Source: Planctomycetota bacterium (GTDB lineage: Bacteria; Planctomycetota; UBA1135). Taken from it: a DNA stretch of 64,000 bases. Positions 57,505-64,000 of the stretch are shown here, piece after piece (the first letter of the stretch is position 1; each line of letters opens with the position of its first letter). Location: contig JAJRZS010000022.1 of assembly GCA_024275135.1 (NCBI GenBank), forward strand, positions 12,516-76,515, given 5' to 3'. Below the pieces are notes generated by a model that was not told the DNA's origin, did no database searches, and saw only the letters and a list, made by a program, of their open reading frames with translations. The position numbers were made by a program, and so were the translations under genes.

Positions 57505-59517
57505 TTACAGGATGTCGAGGATTCCGGTTCCCGTTTGCTGGTCGATGAGAGTGGCCACGCCAGCGCGGTAGTTTAGGTCTTCCCCAAACACGGAGTTCCA
57601 GGGCATGTTGTCTTTGTCAGCCACCATGCCGAGAGAAACGGCGGCAAAGGCACGCCCCAGGGCAGTGAGGCGATCGTTAGACATGGTGTCGACCAAAGGC
57701 TGTACAGAACTCTTATCGCCGATAAAGCCAAGGGCCGTCGCCACTGCCGAAAGCACGGCCAGGCGCGGCCGCTTGCCGTCTTCAGGGGTTAGGTAGCTAA
57801 GCAATTTGCCTACGGCATTGCGGTCCTTCATCAAGCCCAAACCAATGCTGGCTTGCTTGAGCAGATCTGGATCACGCTTGGCCTCATCCACGACTTCTCC
57901 GATGTAGCCAATGTATTCACGGGCGTTAAGCAAACCCAAAGCGATGGAAGCGTAGCCACGGAACTGGGACTCACGATACTCTTCAAGAGCCACGCGCAAA
58001 TCCGTCTTTGCGGCTTCATTCTTCATCAATCCCAAGGCAATGGCGTAGGCACCTTTGGGTTCCGGAGACTTGGTTTTCTTGAATTTTTCAAGGGTGGCAT
58101 CCATGACCACGGGGCTAATGGCCTCCCCGTTTTCATTCAGCATGAAGGCCATGACACCCAAGGCCAAACCGCACCACGGCTCGTAGGGGGTGCTGGATTT
58201 TTTCATGTTGTCGACCAAGTATTCGGTGACATCATCGCGCACGGCGCTATCGGCAACACCGAGGTAGGCCATGGAAATGGCGGTGTAATGCTTGATTTGC
58301 TGATCTTTGCCCTTCTTCGCCATGAACTCCAAGATGCTGAAGATGTCTTTGTTGCGAGAGTCGCCGGCAACGGCGAGCATACCCACAGCTTGAACGGCCG
58401 ACTGGCGGACGAAGGTTTTGCGCTTAGGCTTGTTCTTCAAAATCTTGATGAGTTGATCAATGACGGCGTCTCGGGTTGCATCGCCCGCAGGAAGATTGCG
58501 CAGCAACTTCGCCATGGCGTTGGGGATATGAGCCAAAATCAGCTGATCCATTTCCCGCTCATCCAAGATTTTGCTGAGTTTCTGCACCATATCGGTGGGC
58601 TCGGAGAGATTGAGTACACCAATACCGATGATGCAGGCCACCCGAATATCCTTGATGGAGGAGGTGTCGGTGGTGAGGACCTCAAACAGGGTGTCGGCAA
58701 TCTTTTGCTTGACATCGTCATTGGTGGATTCGCGACCAATTAGAGCCAAGCCATAGGCAGCGAAGGTGCGGGTGCGGAGATTGACTTCCGAGCCGCCAAT
58801 AAGATGCTGGCCTTCCTTGGAATCGCGCAGCAAGGCTTCCAGGGTGGGAATGGAACCTTCGTCCTTCAAAATGCCAAAAGACAAAGCAGCGGTTTCCGAA
58901 ACCTCTTGTACCGGGGTGTCCAGGTGTTTTTCAAACAAGGCCCGGCTGTCTTCGGCACGGTAGCCAATCTTGGCCAGAGAAATCATCGTCGCCGTTGCAA
59001 TGTCGCGATCTTCTTCCTTTTCAATCAAATCAAACAAAGCGGGCACAATGATGTTTTGAATTTGCGGCGTGGTAGGGGCCAAAGTGTTGGCAACTTGCGC
59101 CCCGGCACCAAGGCCAGCCAAAGGTCCTGCACCATCGGTGACGGTGGCGGCGCCATGGACACGGGCCTTAAGGTTGAGGAAGCGATCCTTGTTGAATTCC
59201 CACCAGAAGACCCAAATACTCAAATCGGGCGGGGCGGCCCCGCCGCCGCCGGTACTGGGGCCAGCACCCGGGGAAGATGGGCTGCCTGGAGTGGCCGGGG
59301 TGGCCGGGGTGGCCGGAGTGGCTGGAGTGGAGGGCGTAGATGGGGTGGAGGGCGTAGATGGGGTACTCGGCGTACTGGGAGCTGCAGGGGAGGCCCCGCC
59401 GCCGCCTGGAGGCACGGTATCGCCCGGGCCCTTGTAGGTGCCGCCATGGGCGAAAAGATCAGCAGAACTGAAAAAGAATCCAGCTGCGAGAGCGAAAATG
59501 AGGGTCCAGCGTTTCAT
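57505..59517 (-). CDS. secreted HEAT-repeat protein with N-terminal Pro/Thr/Ser-rich linker
   Basis: Signal peptide MKRWTLIFALAAGFFFSSADLFA, HGGTYKGPGDTVPPGGGG, a PST/PAT run, then about 550 aa of HEAT-like helical repeats. The track ORF extends to 59625. Confidence 0.75.
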   Translation of the reverse strand: MKRWTLIFALAAGFFFSSADLFAHGGTYKGPGDTVPPGGGGASPAAPSTPSTPSTPSTPSTPSTPATPATPATPATPGSPSSPGAGPSTGGGGAAPPDLSIWVFWWEFNKDRFLNLKARVHGAATVTDGAGPLAGLGAGAQVANTLAPTTPQIQNIIVPALFDLIEKEEDRDIATATMISLAKIGYRAEDSRALFEKHLDTPVQEVSETAALSFGILKDEGSIPTLEALLRDSKEGQHLIGGSEVNLRTRTFAAYGLALIGRESTNDDVKQKIADTLFEVLTTDTSSIKDIRVACIIGIGVLNLSEPTDMVQKLSKILDEREMDQLILAHIPNAMAKLLRNLPAGDATRDAVIDQLIKILKNKPKRKTFVRQSAVQAVGMLAVAGDSRNKDIFSILEFMAKKGKDQQIKHYTAISMAYLGVADSAVRDDVTEYLVDNMKKSSTPYEPWCGLALGVMAFMLNENGEAISPVVMDATLEKFKKTKSPEPKGAYAIALGLMKNEAAKTDLRVALEEYRESQFRGYASIALGLLNAREYIGYIGEVVDEAKRDPDLLKQASIGLGLMKDRNAVGKLLSYLTPEDGKRPRLAVLSAVATALGFIGDKSSVQPLVDTMSNDRLTALGRAFAAVSLGMVADKDNMPWNSVFGEDLNYRAGVATLIDQQTGTGILDIL
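59278..59382 (-). repeat. imperfect 9-nt coding repeats encoding (PST)5(PAT)4-PGSPSSPG
   Basis: Protein aa 46-80 of the HEAT protein. The DNA shows GGNGTNGNN-type imperfect periodicity. Confidence 0.7.
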
Positions 59518-59654
59518 GTTTGATTTCCTCGAGGAAGAGAGGCCTTGCTTCTCTGCAAGGATTGTACCAACCCAAACTGGGGAGAATAACGCGAGAAAGT
59601 TCCAATTCGGGAACGTTGCTTGCAATTGGAGCGAGAAAAGCCTATTTCAGAGTG

Positions 59655-60296
59655 ATGCATCTGGTTCTAGTACGCCATGGTGAGGTGGATTCTTCCTATT
59701 CCGGAGTTTTTTACGGTGGAGCGGAAGTGCCGTTGAGTCCCCAGGGCAAGCGCGAAGCTCAAGCTGCTGGACGGTTTTTCCAGGCGCAAACACCTTTGGC
59801 CATTTTTTCCAGCCCGTTATCTAGAGCTCGCTATGGCGCCGCATGCGTGCTAGGAAGTTGCAAAATGGAGGGGGCGGTGCGGCTGGAGGATGGACTCCGC
59901 GAAATCGACCGTGGACGCTGGGCCGGCCTTAGTCCGGAAAGTCTTTTGGCCCAATATCCGGATGATTTGGCGTCCCACCAGGCTGACCCCTGGCATTGGC
60001 GCGAACATGGCGGTGAATCCTTGCTGGATTTGAAGCTTCGGGTACTCCAGGTGCGCGATGGAATCCTGCAAGAATTTGGGCATGCATCTGGGTTGGTGGT
60101 GTTGGTGGCGCATATGTTTCCCTTGCGAGCCATCTGCGCCGAGGTGCTTGGTATGGATGTGGATCAATGGAATCAGCTGGTGATTCCAACGGGGAGCTTG
60201 TGCTGGATTGATTACGCCAAGCCAAAACCGGACTTGGTGTTTTGGGGTAAGCGGCCTGCAGAGTTGGCCAAGTTCCGTTTTCCCCAATTTTCCTAA
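59655..60296 (+). CDS. histidine phosphatase family protein (phosphoglycerate mutase-like)
   Basis: MHLVLVRHGE catalytic RHG motif at the N-terminus, and LVAH (His) in VVLVAHMFPLR. The track ORF starts at 59520. Confidence 0.8.
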   Translation: MHLVLVRHGEVDSSYSGVFYGGAEVPLSPQGKREAQAAGRFFQAQTPLAIFSSPLSRARYGAACVLGSCKMEGAVRLEDGLREIDRGRWAGLSPESLLAQYPDDLASHQADPWHWREHGGESLLDLKLRVLQVRDGILQEFGHASGLVVLVAHMFPLRAICAEVLGMDVDQWNQLVIPTGSLCWIDYAKPKPDLVFWGKRPAELAKFRFPQFS

Positions 60297-60471
60297 GGTT
60301 ATCCACAGGCTTTTCCACAATTGGGGGTGTTCGGGCCTCGGCATCCCAGGGCCTAGCCAGAATTGACGGCATAGTTCGGCTTTTATCCTTCCATGAAAGC
60401 AACATAATATATATTATCGGACGTTTCGGAGGCGCGCAAACGACCCCCTTCTGCGGTGGTTTGCTCGGGGT

Positions 60472-62013
60472 TTAGGCCCGATTTTCCGTTTGCGGCAACA
60501 AGGCCTGGGGATACCAGGCGGTGATATGGAATTTTCCACCGTGCCAATGGCCGCGTAGCGCATCTCCAACCCTGGGTGTGAAACCCAGGTCTGTTGGCCA
60601 ACCGACAACGGCAATGGGCTCGCCCTGTTCGCTTTGCACTTGGACCGGGTTTTCCGCCGTGACGGTGGTTGTGGCCGAAGCCTGGGTTTTGTCAGCAGCC
60701 AGTCTTTGGTTGGTATGCACCACCTTTTCGACCCAATTTTTGGATTCTTGATTCCAGTCCAAAGCTGCGGCTTGTTCCTCTTGCAGCCAAAGGATGAAAG
60801 GTTCCAATTGGGTCAAACGCTCGGCCAAGCCTTGGCCATTTTCGGCTAGGCATAAATAGGCCAAAATATGGTGCTGTTGAACCAAGGCTGGATGGAAACC
60901 TTTTTCCTGTACAGAATTGAGGAAAGATAAAAGCCCGGTGATTGTTTTGGCGATCTCCTCACTTGGCTTTTTGCCATGAAGTTCCAACTCCCACAGATAG
61001 GTGGCCAAACAAAGAGCCATTTGGTCTTCGTCATGCGGACCGATTTTTTCATCCTCGGTGTCCGCCTTTAGGATATCCACATACGGGTCGCTTGTGCCTT
61101 TTTCCAAACCCAGATTGGATTCAAGGATGGCAAAGCTTTCTTCCAGGGATTTTCCTTCGGCCCGCGCCTGATCGAAATGATGAAGCGCCTGATTGGCATC
61201 CCATTGTTCTTGTTCGGTTTTGCTTTCTGCTTTTTCCGCTGGCGTGGAGGCTTGCCATTTTGAACAAGCCAGGCGCAAAGCGTCTAAATCCACGTTGGTG
61301 TGAAAGGCTAAATGATTGAGAGTTTCGCCCAGCCCAAACTCTTGCACCATTTTTTCAAATCCTTCTAAACTTAAATCTTCGACTCCTTGAGCTAAAATTT
61401 CCTCCACCGTTTGATTGGCGTTTTCTTGGCAAGGACTGGTACGAAAGGGCTGCAGCATCCTTTCGCATTCCCACTGCGAGAGTTTGGCGCGCGGATACTT
61501 GGCCTTTAACTCGGCCAAATCCGAACGGATAGCTTCCGCCAAACCTGGAACCGCCAGAAAGACCGCGCCGGGCAAGGGTAAATGAAACTCCCCCTCGCCA
61601 AGGGCAACCCGGCCAATCAGCAAGGTGCCATCATCCAAGTTGATTTCTTGTCCGCGCAATCGGATTTGCCTGCCGGTCCATAAATCTTCCAAAATACAAA
61701 AACCCTTGGCGTCCTTGCCAAAAGAAAAAAAGATTCCATAGAAGGCGTCGAGCAGATGAAACCAAAGGCTGCCTGGTTCGGGAGCATCCGGCGCCCAAGC
61801 CATTGCGGGTGCGACCCCTAAGCTTGGGGAGGATCGCTCAAGCAGGAACCATTCGCGAAAACGGTGCGCGGCATGGGCATCATGGCCCGCATGCTGCTCG
61901 AACAATTGGCGGGCTTGCTCCCACTCTTTCTGCAGATTGGGGTTGGCCAAGCACTTGGCCTCCAAATCCATCAAGAATTGGAGATAGGATTCAGGGTTCA
62001 GGATGTCAGCCAT
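60472..62013 (-). CDS. hypothetical protein (513 aa)
   Basis: Long uninterrupted ORF with balanced composition. No motif recognised. Confidence 0.6.
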   Translation of the reverse strand: MADILNPESYLQFLMDLEAKCLANPNLQKEWEQARQLFEQHAGHDAHAAHRFREWFLLERSSPSLGVAPAMAWAPDAPEPGSLWFHLLDAFYGIFFSFGKDAKGFCILEDLWTGRQIRLRGQEINLDDGTLLIGRVALGEGEFHLPLPGAVFLAVPGLAEAIRSDLAELKAKYPRAKLSQWECERMLQPFRTSPCQENANQTVEEILAQGVEDLSLEGFEKMVQEFGLGETLNHLAFHTNVDLDALRLACSKWQASTPAEKAESKTEQEQWDANQALHHFDQARAEGKSLEESFAILESNLGLEKGTSDPYVDILKADTEDEKIGPHDEDQMALCLATYLWELELHGKKPSEEIAKTITGLLSFLNSVQEKGFHPALVQQHHILAYLCLAENGQGLAERLTQLEPFILWLQEEQAAALDWNQESKNWVEKVVHTNQRLAADKTQASATTTVTAENPVQVQSEQGEPIAVVGWPTDLGFTPRVGDALRGHWHGGKFHITAWYPQALLPQTENRA

Positions 62014-62057
62014 GGAGTTTGCAACCGGGTATTTTAGCTGACTCTATCGGGAATTGG

Positions 62058-62648
62058 CTAATCTGAAGCCATCATCGCCTTTGGCCAAGGAGCAAAACAC
62101 CGTTGGCGGAATCTCAGGCAATGAGGCTGCTCGGCGACCAAAAAGGAAGCAAATTGGGCCCGCCACAACTTGATTGCGGGCCAATCCTGTTGCACCGCCA
62201 GGCGGACTTCGAGGTGGTTGTCTGGCCAAGAAACCTGGATGGAAGCCGAGTCGTAGGCGGTGGTGGATCCTTGTAGCCAAAGGGCCAAAGCCAGGGCGGC
62301 CTCGGCATCTTTAATTTCGGGAAGTTGCTCCCCGGCTTCTTCTGGGGTGCCCAAGCCGAGGGCGGCAGCCAGAAACACCGTCGGTGCCTCTCCCCCCACG
62401 CACCTCTCGAGCGGCGGGTTGTGGTGCAAAAAGGAGCGCAACCAATCAAGCCGCGCTAAGAGCACCAAATCTTCTTCCATATGCGAGTGCAACTTTGGCT
62501 TTTCGGCCTCAGGGACGCCAATCTCCAGCCAACCATTGATGAGACCGCGGACGCCTCGCAAGCGGTGCAAGCTAATGCTGAAACAGCGATCGACCAAATC
62601 ATGCAGACTTTCCTGCAAGCCAGTTTCAAACCGAGGGGGGTATTCCAC
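62058..62648 (-). CDS. hypothetical protein (196 aa) with an H-box-like segment
   Basis: ORF 44 nt upstream of the 513-aa gene. SISLHRLRGVRGLINGWLEIG loosely resembles a histidine-kinase HisKA H-box. No ATPase motifs. Confidence 0.5.
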   Translation of the reverse strand: MEYPPRFETGLQESLHDLVDRCFSISLHRLRGVRGLINGWLEIGVPEAEKPKLHSHMEEDLVLLARLDWLRSFLHHNPPLERCVGGEAPTVFLAAALGLGTPEEAGEQLPEIKDAEAALALALWLQGSTTAYDSASIQVSWPDNHLEVRLAVQQDWPAIKLWRAQFASFLVAEQPHCLRFRQRCFAPWPKAMMASD

Positions 62649-62692
62649 CCCTAGAAACTAGGAAAACGAAGACTGGAAATCAAGATGAGAGA

Positions 62693-62779
62693 TGGTGCCG
62701 GAGGGGGGACTCGAACCCCCACTCCCTTGCGAGAAATGGATTTTGAATCCATCGCGTCTGCCAATTCCGCCACTCCGGC
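62693..62779 (-). tRNA. tRNA-Leu (anticodon CAA), CCA encoded
   Basis: The reverse complement folds as a cloverleaf. Acceptor GCCGGAG/CTCCGGC, 3-bp D stem, anticodon stem ATGGA/TCCAT with loop TTCAAAA, long variable arm, T arm GGGGG-TTCGAGT-CCCCC, discriminator A plus CCA. Confidence 0.9.
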
Positions 62780-62817
62780 TTTTCTGGCGCGTATGTTCTC
62801 AGGCTCCAGGGCTGGGG

Positions 62818-64000
62818 TCAACCGTTTCTCTGTTCTTTCCGGTCATTTTTCTGGATACCCAAAACGGGCCCGGGGTACCACTGAAGCCGTGGCTTTTGCG
62901 CAGCGAGGTCGGCAGGATGCAAACATAGGCCTGGTTGAAGTTCCATCCTCGGTAGCTTCTGCGTGTCGGTAAAAGGTGGCTCGATTCCGGCTTGTTGCAA
63001 CCACCGCTGGGTGCGCTGAAGCAAAGCTTGGCGCGAGGTGGCAATGGAATCGACTCCGCATCTGTTTTTCACCGGTGCAAATTCATCGTCCCGCCGCGCC
63101 ATCTGCACGATGGTTTGCCCCGCCAAGGGCAGAGCATCGAAGACAAAGGTTTCGAATTTCACCCCCTTTTGCTTACGCAAACAAAAACCGTCGGCGGTGA
63201 GACTTGGAATATCTTTGCGGGCTAAATGCAGAGGAAGATGGGCTTCCGCCATTTCCTCCATGAAGTTGAGCTCAAAGGCATGAATGGCAATGTTGCCAGC
63301 CCGAAACTGCAGGCCCCCATCTTGAGCACGTTGCGCTTGAATCTCGGCGCTCAAATCGGAATATTCCACGCACAGGGTTCGCTCCCCTTCTTGGACTACC
63401 AAGCCCACTTTTTCTTCGGGGTCGGTTTTTTCCACCACCTTGACCGACATGCGCGCTTCCGCCAACAAATGATGACCGAGAAAAATAGGATCTCCGACCA
63501 AAGCCAAAGGGTTGTCGACCTGGCAATAATAGAGGGTGTGAACGCCTTGGCCACGGAGCTTTTGCAGGCAGCCACTTCGTTTCATCGCGCGAAACACGCC
63601 CCCATGGCCATCGGGATTGCGAAATAACTTATCGGGAGCGGCTAACAACAATTGCCCTTTGGGTGACAAAGCCGGCAAGGTGCCTTGGCAAACAAAATGC
63701 ACGGTTGTCGAACCGAGGCCAAAAAAACTGTGGCGTTGAAAAAAATCGACAGTTTGTTGATGGTTCCCTGGTCCCGTTTGAATGACCCAAGGCAAGCCGG
63801 GATGGAAGAGTTGACGCAAACGGCTAATCTGCCCGGCGAGCAATTGAAAGAGACTGCTACCGCTGAGGGGGGCAATGGGAAAGGCTCCTTTAGGCCCAAC
63901 AAAACCCAAACGGGAAGCTTGGCCACCGGCAACGGTGAGGATGGCAACTCCCCCCTCGCGCAGCGCTGCTTCCCCGCACTGCTGGGCATCCTTATGCAGG
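62818..64000 (-). CDS. UDP-sugar pyrophosphorylase (UDPGP family, UTP--hexose-1-phosphate uridylyltransferase-like), 5' end outside window
   Basis: The frame stays open to the window edge. ...AILTVAGGQASRLGFVGPKGAFPI (nucleotide-binding loop), NPDGHGGVFRAM, YYCQVDNPL. The track start at 63909 is only an internal TTG. Confidence 0.8.
   Translation of the reverse strand, partial: LHKDAQQCGEAALREGGVAILTVAGGQASRLGFVGPKGAFPIAPLSGSSLFQLLAGQISRLRQLFHPGLPWVIQTGPGNHQQTVDFFQRHSFFGLGSTTVHFVCQGTLPALSPKGQLLLAAPDKLFRNPDGHGGVFRAMKRSGCLQKLRGQGVHTLYYCQVDNPLALVGDPIFLGHHLLAEARMSVKVVEKTDPEEKVGLVVQEGERTLCVEYSDLSAEIQAQRAQDGGLQFRAGNIAIHAFELNFMEEMAEAHLPLHLARKDIPSLTADGFCLRKQKGVKFETFVFDALPLAGQTIVQMARRDDEFAPVKNRCGVDSIATSRQALLQRTQRWLQQAGIEPPFTDTQKLPRMELQPGLCLHPADLAAQKPRLQWYPGPVLGIQKNDRKEQRNG

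Noticed and set aside
57853-59523. 296-aa and 239-aa plus-strand ORFs antisense to the HEAT-repeat gene
   Set aside because: Gly/Arg-rich mirror of the HEAT and PT-rich coding strand. The minus-strand product has a signal peptide and coherent repeats.
60297-60471. Small RNA or terminator in the 175-nt convergent spacer
   Set aside because: Only weak 4-5 bp inverted repeats were found by eye. There is nothing comparable to the clear hairpin at 57453-57488. It needs computational folding before any call.
62650-62830. tRNA-Leu as an integration site for a genomic island
   Set aside because: No integrase or recombinase gene lies on either side, and no direct repeat of the tRNA 3' half (GGACTCGAACCCCC) is seen in 60300-62690.

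Overview
GC-rich, extremely gene-dense bacterial chromosomal segment. I call about 55 protein-coding genes and one tRNA-Leu(CAA). I recognise no rRNA, CRISPR array, transposase or integrase. Most genes are housekeeping: thiC, trpS, rnpA-yidD, lat, rlmN, tig-clpP-clpX, mnmG, purC, aroA, galE, dacB, thiE, thiL, tsaE, rseP, dxr, purM. Interspersed are many secreted or lipoprotein genes of unclear function, including HEAT/TPR repeat proteins, an FG-GAP protein, a 1218-aa multidomain protein and a DPWG-type pseudopilin. That gene content suggests a PVC-like or uncultured lineage, but this is inference only. Genes sit in long co-directional arrays whose junctions are mostly 1-4 nt stop/start overlaps (ATGA, GTGA, TGATG, TAATG). 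Several head-to-head gene pairs have almost no spacer between start codons. Some operon-leading ATGs lie 6-8 nt behind a TAGAAT/TAAAAT hexamer, which suggests leaderless mRNAs. The best candidate for a novel system is 32364-40025. It is a translationally coupled cassette of three genes. The first is a 1324-aa UvrA-like ABC ATPase that is too compact to hold a UvrB-binding domain and carries a degenerate extra UvrA-like half. The second is an XPB/Rad25-type helicase. The third is a 664-aa partner whose C-terminus repeats the XPB N-terminal domain, which resembles p52/Tfb2. Other points worth a second look are a perfect 12-nt x9 in-frame tandem repeat encoding (EPDP)n, a tandem YbjQ pair with an M48 protease, an ALDH-like fragment ORF coupled to lat, and an orphan gene pair next to the tRNA. 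All calls rest on motif reading by eye; no searches were run.
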